A DNA stretch of 64,000 nucleotides. Source: Candidatus Omnitrophota bacterium. GTDB lineage: Bacteria > Omnitrophota > Omnitrophia > Omnitrophales > Aquincolibacteriaceae. The position numbers and the translations under genes were made by a program. Shown here one piece after another: positions 1-9,533 of this stretch. Numbering within the stretch: position 1 is the stretch's first letter; each line of letters begins with the position of its first letter. The DNA lies in contig JAYTHE010000002.1 of assembly GCA_043732705.1 (NCBI GenBank), positions 56,385-120,384 of the forward strand, in the 5' to 3' direction. The notes below the pieces were generated by a model, which made no database searches, was not told the DNA's origin, and was given only the letters and a program-made list of their open reading frames with translations.

Positions 1-303
1 ATCGGTGTGGGCGGTGCGAAGGCGATTGCTTTGATCGGCCATAATGACTGCGGAATGCGCAACCTTGAATCGCGTAAAGAGATTTTTATTCAGGGGCTGA
101 TTGAACGTGCGGGCTGGACAAGAGCGCAGGCCGAAGAACATTTCGTGAAAAACCGCGAGCAGTATGAAATCGGCGAAGAAACTTCTTTTCTCATTAAAGA
201 ATCGCGCCGTCTCCGCGACCTTTATCCTAAATTGCCTGTAGTACCGATGCTTTACAATGTACATAGCAATGAACTCTTTCTGATTCTTGACGACCAAATA
301 TAG
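1..303 (+). CDS. Beta-class carbonic anhydrase-like protein, 3' part (truncated by window start)
   Basis: IALIGHNDCGM matches the HxxC-G zinc motif of beta-CAs; the frame is open from the window edge. Confidence 0.6.
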   Translation: MGVGGAKAIALIGHNDCGMRNLESRKEIFIQGLIERAGWTRAQAEEHFVKNREQYEIGEETSFLIKESRRLRDLYPKLPVVPMLYNVHSNELFLILDDQI

Positions 304-314
304 AGAACAGCCAA

Positions 315-343
315 ACCTGTCCACCTCCCGGAGGTGGACAGGT
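315..343. repeat. Perfect inverted repeat (REP-like palindrome)
   Basis: acctgtccacctcc-c-ggaggtggacaggt; 14-bp arms, no U-tract. Confidence 0.75.
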
Positions 344-378
344 GGAAACTCAGTGAATTGTGAAGGAAAAATGATTTT

Positions 379-1566
379 ATGAAAAAGAATATTTTATTAT
401 TTAGTTTAATTGCGCCTTTTTTTCTTGTGGCCTGTGGTCAGCAAAATTCAGGGACTTCTTCAAGTATTAAAATCGGATGCGCCGCGCCTTTGACGGGCGA
501 TCAAGCTCAAATCGGAATTGATATGTGTAACGGCGTCGAACTCGCGATTGAAATGGCCAATGATTTCGCGAAGCAATCCGCTGTTTCAGGGACAACGCCG
601 CTGCAATTTTCTATTTCACGCCAGGATGACCAGCATAATCCTTCGCAAGCCGTGAATATCGCCAAAAAACTTGTTTCTGATACCGATGTCGTGGCGGTTG
701 TTGGACACTTTAATTCAAGTTGCACCAAGCCATCCTCCGCAATTTATAGTGAAGCAGGCATGACTCAAATCACACCAGCTTCGACTAATCCGGATCTTTC
801 CAGTCAGGGATTTAAAACTTTTTTCCGCGTTTGTGCCACGGATGAAGTTCAGGGGCCGAGCGGCGCTGTATTTGCGGTGAATAAATTGGGCGCTAAAAAA
901 ATATATGTGATTGATGATAAAACAACTTACGGTAAAGGCCTTGCTGACGCTTTTGAAAAGAAAGCGCGTGCGCTTGGTGTCGAAATCCAGGGACATGAAG
1001 GTATTACGCAAGGTGATAAAGATTTCACGCCGCTTTTGACTAAAATCAAACCGCTTGCGCCGGATCTGATTTATTTCGGCGGTATTTATCCCGAAGGCTC
1101 CTTGCTTTTGCGTCAAATGCGTTCGCTGGACATTCAATCTTTGTTGATGGGCGGCGACGGCATTGCGACCGGGACATTTACCGAACTCGCGACCAAGGAA
1201 ATTGCGGAAGGCACTTATGCGACCATGGTCGGCGGTGATATGCACCAGGTTCCGGCTGCCGCGGCATTTATTGCGGCTTATGAAAAGAAATATGGAACAT
1301 TAGGGCAATGGTCTGCGTATGGATTTGATGCGGTTAATATTTTAATGAATGCGGTGCGGAAGGCCGGCGGCCAGAATCATTTTGTCTCTGCGCCTTCTGC
1401 GCAACCGAGCCGCGCAGCGGTATTAAAAGCCATGCGTGAAATTCCGGAATTTACGGGCGTTACCGGTAAAATTACTTTTGACGAAAAGGGTGATAATCAA
1501 AATCAGTTTATTGGTATCTTTCAGTTTAAAGATGGCAAGCTTGTCTATATCGGACCCGCCAATTAA
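379..1566 (+). CDS. livK: Branched-chain amino acid ABC transporter substrate-binding lipoprotein
   Basis: Lipobox LVAC; APLTG, VVGHFNS, ITPAST motifs; first gene of the liv operon. Confidence 0.9.
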   Translation: MKKNILLFSLIAPFFLVACGQQNSGTSSSIKIGCAAPLTGDQAQIGIDMCNGVELAIEMANDFAKQSAVSGTTPLQFSISRQDDQHNPSQAVNIAKKLVSDTDVVAVVGHFNSSCTKPSSAIYSEAGMTQITPASTNPDLSSQGFKTFFRVCATDEVQGPSGAVFAVNKLGAKKIYVIDDKTTYGKGLADAFEKKARALGVEIQGHEGITQGDKDFTPLLTKIKPLAPDLIYFGGIYPEGSLLLRQMRSLDIQSLLMGGDGIATGTFTELATKEIAEGTYATMVGGDMHQVPAAAAFIAAYEKKYGTLGQWSAYGFDAVNILMNAVRKAGGQNHFVSAPSAQPSRAAVLKAMREIPEFTGVTGKITFDEKGDNQNQFIGIFQFKDGKLVYIGPAN

Positions 1567-1584
1567 AATGCTGTCGAGAAATTG

Positions 1585-2490
1585 ATGAATTCTCTCGACG
1601 TTTTCTTTCAACAGCTGGTTAACGGTCTTACGATCGGCATGATTTATGCCCTGATCGCCCTGGGTTATACAATGGTTTACGGCATTGCCCAGCTGATTAA
1701 TTTTGCTCACGGCGAAATATTCATGGTCGGCGCTTATATCGGCCTTCTCATGTACTCCCTTCTGCATCCTGCCCTAGGCTCTTCTTGGGTTTTGATTCCT
1801 GTGTTTGCCGCGACCATGCTTATAACCGCTTTACTTGGCTATGTAATTGAGCGTTTTGCTTACCGCCCTTTACGCGAAGCGCCGCGTCTTGCGCCGTTGA
1901 TCACCGCGATCGGGATTTCTTTCGTGCTGCAAAACGCGGTAATGCTGATCGCCGGGGCGTCGGATAAAAGTTTTCCGCCGATGATAATCCTCCAAAAAAT
2001 TTCGATTTCCAAAGTTACTCTAACTAATTTACAAATTTTAATTGCGGCTGTTTCTGTTTCGCTGATGATTATCCTGCATCTTTTTGTGAAATACACGCGT
2101 GTCGGGAAAGCCATGCGTGCTTTGGCGGATGACAGACAAGCCGCGAGCTTAATGGGAGTTGATGTCAATCTCGTCATTGCGGTCGCCTTCTTAATCGGCT
2201 CAGCGCTGGCAAGCGCGGGCGGCGTTATGTTCGGCATGTATTACAACACGATTAACTTTCATGACGGTTATCTCGCGGGCTTGAAAGCTTTTACTGCCGC
2301 GGTGCTGGGTGGTATTGGAAATATTCCGGGCGCGATGCTGGGCGGAGTTTTGCTCGGTGTCTTTGAAGGCTTGGCAGCGGGATATATATCATCGCAATGG
2401 AAAAACGTTTTTGCCTTTTTACTTTTAATTCTCATTTTGCTTTTTCGTCCGACGGGATTGCTGGGCGCCAGGGTCGTCAAAAAGGTATGA
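1585..2490 (+). CDS. livH: BCAA ABC transporter permease LivH
   Basis: YALIALGYTMVYG..INFAHGE; GKAMRA; AAVLGGIG. Confidence 0.93.
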   Translation: MNSLDVFFQQLVNGLTIGMIYALIALGYTMVYGIAQLINFAHGEIFMVGAYIGLLMYSLLHPALGSSWVLIPVFAATMLITALLGYVIERFAYRPLREAPRLAPLITAIGISFVLQNAVMLIAGASDKSFPPMIILQKISISKVTLTNLQILIAAVSVSLMIILHLFVKYTRVGKAMRALADDRQAASLMGVDVNLVIAVAFLIGSALASAGGVMFGMYYNTINFHDGYLAGLKAFTAAVLGGIGNIPGAMLGGVLLGVFEGLAAGYISSQWKNVFAFLLLILILLFRPTGLLGARVVKKV

Positions 2491-3437
2491 GTTTTAAAAA
2501 AATCCTGCCATGGCTCGGACTTGTTGCTATTTTTTCCATTCCTTTTTTAGATCATAATTCTTATCACATCGATGTGCTGGTAACCGCGGGTATTTTTATT
2601 TTGCTGGCGCTGGGTTTAAATGTCATCGTCGGTTATGCTGGTATTCTCAATTTGGGTTATGCCGCTTTCTTTGCTTTCGGCGCTTATACCTATGCGATTG
2701 TGAATATTCATTTTCATGTGCCATTTTGGGGCGGAGTTTTTGTGAGTGCGATCGCGACGGCAGTTTTTGGAATGCTGCTGGCTTTTCCCGCCCTAAGGCT
2801 TTCAGGCGATTATTTGGCGATTGTGACGCTTGGGGCGGGCGAAATTACGCGTATTGTGCTCAATAACCTGGATCAGGTAACCGGTGGCCCTAACGGACTT
2901 TTGGGCCTCGCGCATCCGCGTTTTGCCAAATTTGATTTTGGCGTCAAATCCCAACCCTATTATTTCCTGATTTTATTTTTTATTCTAATCGTCGTTTTCT
3001 TTTTGCGTCGTCTTGAAATTTCACGGCTGGGACGTGCTTGGCGCGCGCTGCGTGAAGATGAACTTGCCGCTTCCGCAATGGGCATTAACCTTGCCTGGGC
3101 GAAGTTGACTGCTTTTGGCATCGCGGGGTTTATCGCGGGCATCGCGGGAACAATCTTTGCCGCGAAGCAGGGCACCATTTCTCCCGATAGTTTTGACTTT
3201 ACGGTTTCAGTAATGGTGCTCGCGATGGTAGTCCTTGGCGGTATCGGCAGTATTCCGGGCGTCATTTTAGGCGCGGTAGTGCTGACGATTTTGCCCGAAT
3301 GTTTGCGTGATTTTACGGCCTACCGCATGTTGATTTTTGGCGCGGCGATGATTGTGATGATGCTTTTCTGTCCAAACGGGCTGTTTTCAATTTTTAGCTC
3401 TGTGCATTCCGCACAACCGCTGAAGGCAATCAAATGA
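2487..3437 (+). CDS. livM: BCAA ABC transporter permease LivM
   Basis: LGLNVIVGYAG, GDYLAIVTLG, GRAWRALREDE; ATGA overlap with livH. Confidence 0.92.
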   Translation: MSFKKILPWLGLVAIFSIPFLDHNSYHIDVLVTAGIFILLALGLNVIVGYAGILNLGYAAFFAFGAYTYAIVNIHFHVPFWGGVFVSAIATAVFGMLLAFPALRLSGDYLAIVTLGAGEITRIVLNNLDQVTGGPNGLLGLAHPRFAKFDFGVKSQPYYFLILFFILIVVFFLRRLEISRLGRAWRALREDELAASAMGINLAWAKLTAFGIAGFIAGIAGTIFAAKQGTISPDSFDFTVSVMVLAMVVLGGIGSIPGVILGAVVLTILPECLRDFTAYRMLIFGAAMIVMMLFCPNGLFSIFSSVHSAQPLKAIK

Positions 3438-4234
3438 CAGTGAATAAAGAAATGCTTTCAGAGTTCAAAATTCTGAATATTGAAAATCTCACACGCCGTT
3501 TTGGCGGTGTGACGGCGATTGACGGTGTTAGCTTTGAAGTCCGTCAGGGACAAATTCTGAGTGTCATCGGCCCGAACGGCGCCGGTAAAACCACGCTTTT
3601 TAACTGTATTACCGGCCTTTACCGCCCCGATGAAGGTTCGATGTACTTCGGGGACTCACAAATGCTTTTAAACCGCATGCAGCCTTATGAAATCGCGGCC
3701 TGCGATATTTCACGCACGTTCCAAACCATCCGCCTTTTTAAAAATATGACGGCGCTTGAAAATGTGATGGTCGGCGCGCATTCCAAATTACGTTCGGGTA
3801 TGTTGAGCTGTTTGCTGCATCCGCGCTGGACACGCGTGGAGGAAAAACGCCTCGAACAGCGCGCGCACCGCCTGCTCGAATTTTTCTGCCTCAATGAAAA
3901 AGCGAATGAGCTGGCATGTAATCTTTCTTATGGGCATCAACGTAAACTTGAAATTGCGCGCGCGCTTGCGAGTGATCCCAAACTTTTACTTTTGGATGAG
4001 CCTGCGGCAGGCATGAACCCGAAAGAAAAAGAAGAATTGCTCGAACTGCTTTTCGCGATTCGCAGCCGCGGCGTGACGATTGTTTTGATCGAGCATGATA
4101 TGAAAGTCGTGATGCCGATTTCGGACCATATTGTGGTTTTGGATTACGGCAAAAAAATTGCCGAAGGGAAACCTAAAGAAATTCAAAATAACCCGTGTGT
4201 AATCGAAGCATATCTTGGAAAAACGACATGTTGA
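3434..4234 (+). CDS. livG: BCAA ABC transporter ATP-binding protein LivG
   Basis: GPNGAGKTT, LSYGHQRKLE, LLLDEPAAG, C-terminal EAYLG. Confidence 0.93.
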   Translation: MTVNKEMLSEFKILNIENLTRRFGGVTAIDGVSFEVRQGQILSVIGPNGAGKTTLFNCITGLYRPDEGSMYFGDSQMLLNRMQPYEIAACDISRTFQTIRLFKNMTALENVMVGAHSKLRSGMLSCLLHPRWTRVEEKRLEQRAHRLLEFFCLNEKANELACNLSYGHQRKLEIARALASDPKLLLLDEPAAGMNPKEKEELLELLFAIRSRGVTIVLIEHDMKVVMPISDHIVVLDYGKKIAEGKPKEIQNNPCVIEAYLGKTTC

Positions 4235-4239
4235 AAGCC

Positions 4240-4437
4240 GCACAAACCAAGGTAATTAAAATGTTCAGACAGCCGATGCTTCGCTCGGAACTCACATTTT
4301 AATTACCTTGGTTTGCGCTTGATTTTGAATTAAGGGCGTGGGAGCGATAAAAAGGAAAAAATTTTTGCCTGCCGGCGGTCAAAAATTTTTCTATGATGCA
4401 TTTCATTCTCGCTTCTGCAGGAAGCAAGAATGAAAAG
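4240..4437. repeat. Partial copy of the nested-hairpin element family, between livG and livF
   Basis: Hairpin 4240-4318 with core TCAGACAGCCG...CGGAACTC, as at 9034 and 61421; two further hairpins at about 4354-4393 and 4401-4437. Confidence 0.7.
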
Positions 4438-4457
4438 GGTTTAAAAAAAAGGCGAAA

Positions 4458-5165
4458 ATGTTGGAAGTAAAAAATTTACATTCAGGGTACGGGCCGATTG
4501 AAATTTTGAAAGGCGTGAATATTAAAATTTCGCAGGGAAAAATCGTGTCTTTGATTGGTTCTAACGGCGCGGGTAAAACCACCTTCCTTATGACGCTTTC
4601 CGGACTTTTACGCGCGCGTGAGGGTTCGGTTCAATTCGAAGGCCGCTGCCTTCAAAAAGCCTCTCCAAGCGATATTGTGCGGCAGGGAATTGTACAGGTG
4701 CCCGAAGGCCGGCGTATTTTTCCGAGAATGACTGTTTCTGAGAATCTGGATCTCGGCGCCTATACCCGCAAAGATAGCAAGCAGGCTGTGCAGCAGGATA
4801 AAGAAGAAATGCTCACCATGTTTCCAATTTTAAAGCAGCGCTATAACGGACAAGCGGGAAATTTGAGCGGCGGCGAACAGCAAATGCTCGCGATGGCGCG
4901 CGCGCTTATGGCCAAGCCCAAGCTTTTATTATTGGATGAACCGAGCCTTGGACTCGCGCCTAAAATGATCGAATTTATTTTTTCTTTGATCATGAAAATC
5001 AAAGAAAAAGGCCTGACGATTTTTTTGGTTGAGCAGAATGCCTGGAAAGCGCTAGAACTCGCCGATTATGCGTATGTCATCGAAAGCGGTACGATTCAGA
5101 TGGAAGGTGCCGGCAAAGAGCTATTGTCCAATCCACAGATTAAGCATGCTTATCTCGGCGCATAA
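4458..5165 (+). CDS. livF: BCAA ABC transporter ATP-binding protein LivF
   Basis: GSNGAGKTT, VPEGRRIF, LSGGEQQMLA, DEPSLGLAP. Confidence 0.93.
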   Translation: MLEVKNLHSGYGPIEILKGVNIKISQGKIVSLIGSNGAGKTTFLMTLSGLLRAREGSVQFEGRCLQKASPSDIVRQGIVQVPEGRRIFPRMTVSENLDLGAYTRKDSKQAVQQDKEEMLTMFPILKQRYNGQAGNLSGGEQQMLAMARALMAKPKLLLLDEPSLGLAPKMIEFIFSLIMKIKEKGLTIFLVEQNAWKALELADYAYVIESGTIQMEGAGKELLSNPQIKHAYLGA

Positions 5166-5595
5166 TTTCACGCGCTATCAATTCCCCGTTCTCATTTGGA
5201 TGGTTTTCATTTTCATGCTTTCGTCGGCGCCCGCTGCGAATATACCCAATCCATTTCCGTACTTTCATCCTGCGGTGCATTTTGTGGAATATTCAGTCTT
5301 GGCCTTTCTTAGTGTGCGTGCGCTGCGCTACAAGCATCCCTGCCGGACTTTTGCGCTTATTGCCATCGTCACGTGGGGAATTGTGCTTTTATTTGCGGCA
5401 TCGGATGAATGGCATCAAACATTCGTTGCCGGACGAACGGGTCAGGGTAAAGATGTGCTTTTTGACGGCTTATACGCTTGGCTTGGAATCGGATTATTTT
5501 CGTTGGTGATTGGTAAAATTAAACCAAACAGTCATTTGGGGATTATTCAGAGCCGTCTTGTCCGATTTGTTTTTGAGACGAGAAGGAAACGCTAG
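5146..5595 (+). CDS. VanZ-family membrane protein
   Basis: HFVEY..L and SDEWHQTFVAGR..D motifs; the start codon is uncertain (ORF track begins at 5068). Confidence 0.8.
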   Translation: MLISAHNFTRYQFPVLIWMVFIFMLSSAPAANIPNPFPYFHPAVHFVEYSVLAFLSVRALRYKHPCRTFALIAIVTWGIVLLFAASDEWHQTFVAGRTGQGKDVLFDGLYAWLGIGLFSLVIGKIKPNSHLGIIQSRLVRFVFETRRKR

Positions 5596-5634
5596 AAATA
5601 AAAAGAGCCGGCAGCAAAAAATCGCTGCCGGCTC
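5596..5634 (-). terminator. Intrinsic terminator (minus strand, possibly bidirectional)
   Basis: gagccggcagc...gctgccggctc stem preceded on + by aaataaaaa, which is a U-tract on -. Confidence 0.65.
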
Positions 5635-5650
5635 AAATTTATAAGTACGT

Positions 5651-5734
5651 TTATACAAGCAGCGGAGGAAACCGCGCACAGTGAAACTTACCTGGAGTTC
5701 TCAATTCAATAAACTTTTTTGACATAAGACACAT
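5651..5734 (-). CDS. Putative 27-aa small peptide MCLMSKKFIELRTPGKFHCARFPPLLV
   Basis: GGAG 6 nt before ATG; ends just upstream of the minus-strand terminator; read by hand, below the ORF-track cutoff. Confidence 0.35.
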   Translation of the reverse strand: MCLMSKKFIELRTPGKFHCARFPPLLV

Positions 5735-5977
5735 ATTTAACTCCGTTTTGCTTTTTATTAAAAATCAATCGGTTGTTTTCCTTTATGTGTTGCCTGTTAT
5801 TTAAATCCAAGCATTTCATCTAATCAGGTTAAGCACCGCAGTGCACCAAGGTTTAGATGTTTTAATGCTTATCTGAAATGTAATCACCTCTTATTGCTTT
5901 TACAAGAGCGAGTTATATCTTGCTATAAGCAAAAATTGCGGTTTTTCGCCCATCTTTTTCCGCATGCCGCCATGCTA

Positions 5978-6005
5978 TTGACACTGAAAAAAAAAGGCGT
6001 ATAGT
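5978..6005 (+). promoter_or_regulatory. Sigma70-type promoter for the riboswitch-kimA transcript
   Basis: TTGACA-16 nt-TATAGT immediately 5' of the aptamer. Confidence 0.7.
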
Positions 6006-6008
6006 CCG

Positions 6009-6133
6009 CTCCTTATATGCCTAATCCGCTTTAACCAGCGGTACGGGGGACCCAAGTTCTTGGGGCGAATCATCGCAAGATGAAAGGTTATCTCGACCTT
6101 AGCCCGTCAGCTAACTTCGTCGGCATCAAGGAG
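6009..6133 (+). ncRNA. c-di-AMP riboswitch (ydaO/yuaA leader)
   Basis: AATCC..GGTACGGGGGACC..GGGGCGAATC..CCCGTCAGCTAACTTCGTCGGC consensus blocks; lies directly upstream of a kimA/ydaO homolog. Confidence 0.92.
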
Positions 6134-6138
6134 AAAAA

Positions 6139-8151
6139 ATGGAAACCAAACAGCCGGCATCCGGCTTGCCCGAGTCATTTCTTAAACAGATCAAAAAAAC
6201 TCTTTTCGGACCGCCCCGGAATCTTCACGATCCTTCGATCAAGCATCAGCTTTCTCTGATCGCATTTTTTGCTTGGGTTGGATTGGGTGCCGACGGACTT
6301 TCTTCTTCAGCCTACGGACCGGAAGAAGCTTTTCGCGCGCTCGGTCAAAATACCTATCTCGCCATCTTGCTTGCGGCAGCGACGGCATTAACTGTGTTTA
6401 TTATTTCCTCCGCCTACAGTCGCATTATTGAAACTTTTCCTTTGGGCGGCGGAGGTTACGTTGTCGCGACCAAGCTCTTAGGAAAGCCCGCTGGCGTAGT
6501 TTCGGGCAGCGCCTTGCTAGTGGATTACATTCTCACCATTACCGTTTCCATTGCTGGTGGAGGTGACGCGCTTTTCAGCCTTTTGCCGCAAGCCTGGATG
6601 GTTTTCAAACTACCGACAGAGATTGCCGCGATCGGTCTTTTGATCCTGATGAATTTGAGAGGCGTGAAAGAATCCGTTGCCGCGCTTGTGCCGATTTTTT
6701 TGATATTTGTGATCACGCACATCGTTCTCATTTTAGGTGGACTTTTGATTCATATTCCCGAAGCACCGCGCATTGCCAAAGAAGTGACGGATGGCTTTCA
6801 TTCTGGAGCATCCACGTTGGGATGGGGCGGCATGGCGCTGCTTTTTCTACGGGCCTATTCTTTAGGCGGCGGAACCTATACCGGAATTGAAGCTGTTTCC
6901 AACGGTGTCGGTATTTTGCGCGAACCCAAAGTGATTACCGGAAAAAGAACCATGCTTTATATGTCAGTCTCACTTGCGCTCACGGCGGGCGGGTTGCTTG
7001 TCTGCTATATGCTTGCGCATGTGAAGCCGGTGGATGGGCAAACTTTGAATACGGTTCTTGCAACACAATTGATGGGCCCTCTTCATGTCGCGGGTATTCC
7101 GATCGGCCATGCGATTGTTCTAATCACAATTTTATCCGAAGCCGTTTTGCTTTTGGTCGCGGCACAAACCGGATTTATTGACGGCCCGCGCGTAATGTCC
7201 AATATGGCGCAAGATTCATGGCTGCCGAAACGTTTCGCGATGCTTTCCGACCGTTTGACGATGCAAAACGGAATTCTTCTGATTGGCGCCGCTTCGATTG
7301 CGATTCTTGTCTACACTCGCGGCCACATAGGAACCTTAGTGGTTATGTATAGTATCAATGTGTTTTTGACTTTCTCTTTATCGGAATTAGGAATGATGCG
7401 GCATTGGTTTCAAAGCCGCAAAATTTCTAAAAAATGGAAGCGTGACTTTTTGATTCAAGCCGCGGCATTTACGCTCTGCTTCTCGATTCTTTGTGTCATG
7501 GTGTATGAAAAATTTACAGAGGGCGCGTGGGTGACTTTGTTGATTACTTCTTCCTGCATCGCGCTTTGCTTCATCATTAAAAACCATTATTACAGTGTCG
7601 CGAAGCGTATCCATGAAATCGATAAATTATTTGAAGCTGTTCCGCCGGATAACCGCGCGGCAGCGATGCTAGAATTTAATGAGAAAAATCCAACAGCGGT
7701 AATTTTAGTCGGCGGACATAGCGGATTAGGCACGCATATTCTTTTGAATATTTTCAGGTTATTTCCAAGCTCATTTAAGAATGTGGTGTTTTTAACCATT
7801 GGTATTGTGGACAGTACTTTTTTTAGGGAGAACAACCAAGTTGAAGTGGTCACGAAACAAAGCGAAGACATGCTCGGGCGTTATGTCGAAAGCGCGCGTC
7901 ATATGGGTGTTCCCGCGCGGTTTGAGTTTCATGTGGGCACGGAAGTGGTACAGTCGGCCGCGGAGCTTTGCATTGAGGTTTCAAAAAAATATCCCCGCGC
8001 GGTCTTTTTTGCGGGCGAGCTCGTGTTTGAACAGCCGCAGTGGTATCACCGCATTCTGCACAATGAGACAGCGTATGCGATTTTAAGACAAATCCGGTTC
8101 GCGGGATTGCCGATGGTTATTCTTCCGATACGGATTCGAGAGAAACTCTGA
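6139..8151 (+). CDS. kimA: KimA/YdaO-like APC-family potassium transporter
   Basis: ADGLSSSAYGPEE, GGGGYVVA, TGIEAVSNGV; about 12 TM segments plus a soluble C-terminal domain; riboswitch context. Confidence 0.85.
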   Translation: METKQPASGLPESFLKQIKKTLFGPPRNLHDPSIKHQLSLIAFFAWVGLGADGLSSSAYGPEEAFRALGQNTYLAILLAAATALTVFIISSAYSRIIETFPLGGGGYVVATKLLGKPAGVVSGSALLVDYILTITVSIAGGGDALFSLLPQAWMVFKLPTEIAAIGLLILMNLRGVKESVAALVPIFLIFVITHIVLILGGLLIHIPEAPRIAKEVTDGFHSGASTLGWGGMALLFLRAYSLGGGTYTGIEAVSNGVGILREPKVITGKRTMLYMSVSLALTAGGLLVCYMLAHVKPVDGQTLNTVLATQLMGPLHVAGIPIGHAIVLITILSEAVLLLVAAQTGFIDGPRVMSNMAQDSWLPKRFAMLSDRLTMQNGILLIGAASIAILVYTRGHIGTLVVMYSINVFLTFSLSELGMMRHWFQSRKISKKWKRDFLIQAAAFTLCFSILCVMVYEKFTEGAWVTLLITSSCIALCFIIKNHYYSVAKRIHEIDKLFEAVPPDNRAAAMLEFNEKNPTAVILVGGHSGLGTHILLNIFRLFPSSFKNVVFLTIGIVDSTFFRENNQVEVVTKQSEDMLGRYVESARHMGVPARFEFHVGTEVVQSAAELCIEVSKKYPRAVFFAGELVFEQPQWYHRILHNETAYAILRQIRFAGLPMVILPIRIREKL

Positions 8152-8173
8152 CTTTGTCGGATATAATAAAAGC

Positions 8174-8968
8174 ATGCTAGAGTTAATGAGGCCAAAGAAA
8201 CCATCGCGGGGACTGCTGCTTGCTGAACAAGTCGGGCTGTTGAAGAAAATCAGCATAAAAGATTTGGAACAGCTTTATCTTTTTTATAAACCGGGAATTA
8301 TAAAAAACTCTGAAAAAAGCTTGGGCCATGATGGCTATGTTTGCGGATTCAGTCGCAACCTTTCGAATTCAGAAGGTGTTTCCCTGCGGGATTATTTTGT
8401 TGAGCGGGGCTTGGACGGCGATTACTCACCGGAGGAAATGATTGCTTTCGGTCGGCTTGATAAAGATACCTCCGGCCTGCTTGTTCTCGCAAGACGTAAC
8501 CGCTATCCCAAATTTATGGACCAGCTACTTCTTAATCCGCTTTGGAAAAAAGAAAGCATTCTCACTTCCAAGCTTTACCGCGCAAAAGTCAAAGGACTTG
8601 TTTCTTCTGCGGCGCTATCAAAAATCAAAACGCTCAAAATTCCGAGTAAGAATGAAACCGTGATTGAAGTGACAGTGGAAAGTATTCGACTCGTTTCTAC
8701 AGATCAGCCCGACAGGGGAAATTCGTCCTCGGTGGTTGAAATTGAAATTCATGAAGGCAAACATCATCAAGTTAAAAAAATGCTGCAAGCGATCAAGCAT
8801 CCTGTGCTGAAGGGCGGTTTGCACCGTGTCCGTTTTGCGATGATGTCCATCGGTGAAATGAAGGTAGGCCAGATTAGAAATTTGCTGCCGAAAGAAAAGA
8901 AACAGCTTGTGAAACTTTACAATGAGTGGCTGGCGTCAGAAAGAATTCGTTTCAATATTCAAAACTGA
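8174..8968 (+). CDS. RsuA/RluE-family pseudouridine synthase
   Basis: YKP, GRLDKDTSGLL (catalytic Asp), EGKHHQVKKM, LHRV. Confidence 0.88.
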   Translation: MLELMRPKKPSRGLLLAEQVGLLKKISIKDLEQLYLFYKPGIIKNSEKSLGHDGYVCGFSRNLSNSEGVSLRDYFVERGLDGDYSPEEMIAFGRLDKDTSGLLVLARRNRYPKFMDQLLLNPLWKKESILTSKLYRAKVKGLVSSAALSKIKTLKIPSKNETVIEVTVESIRLVSTDQPDRGNSSSVVEIEIHEGKHHQVKKMLQAIKHPVLKGGLHRVRFAMMSIGEMKVGQIRNLLPKEKKQLVKLYNEWLASERIRFNIQN

Positions 8969-9008
8969 TAATCGTGAGCTGCTTGCTAAATTCTATGTGT
9001 ATGCGAGG

Positions 9009-9499
9009 AAATCACTTTTAACATTTATTATGCTCAAACAGCCGGTGCTGCGCCCGGAACTCGCCTAATAAATATTAAAAGTGATTTTTTTCACCTGAGT
9101 GGGGTGGAGGCAATAAAAGGAGAAGCAAGGCGGCCAAATGGAGCTTGCTCGAATTCGCTTTTATTTTATTTGCTAATTACAGGCCTCAAGCTTGGCTGGT
9201 GAAGCTTCCGACCCTATCTTCTTCTGACCAGGCAAGCCGTGCCAGAAGAAATATTTCCTCAGTTTCTGCTTGGCCGAAACTGAGGAAGATATAGCGGGAA
9301 ACTTGTTTGAATTCCTTGAGGGCTAGAGCAGCAATGATATTATCGCATTTCGAGACACTTAGATTCGCAGGCCTTGTTTCACTGCTTTTAGCCTAGACCC
9401 CCACTATCGCGCTGAAATTGTAAATTAAGATTATCAAAATGCGAGTTCTGTGTCGAAGGACACAGTTGTTTGAGCCGAGTGATAATCTTAATTTACGAT
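9009..9499. repeat. Nested-hairpin intergenic element, copy A (REPIN-like or structured RNA)
   Basis: Terminal hairpins with inverted cores TCAAACAG...GAACTC (9034-9062) and GAGTTC...TGTTTGA (9443-9473) flank a ~310-nt self-complementary rod homologous to 61491-61806. Confidence 0.8.
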
Positions 9500-9533
9500 C
9501 AACTCCTTGCTCTCAAGTGAATCGAGCGGATTT

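Noticed and set aside
9009-9499. CRISPR array, tRNA, tmRNA, RNase P or group II intron as the identity of the hairpin elements
   Set aside because: No regularly spaced direct repeats, and I could not find the hallmark motifs of those RNAs by eye
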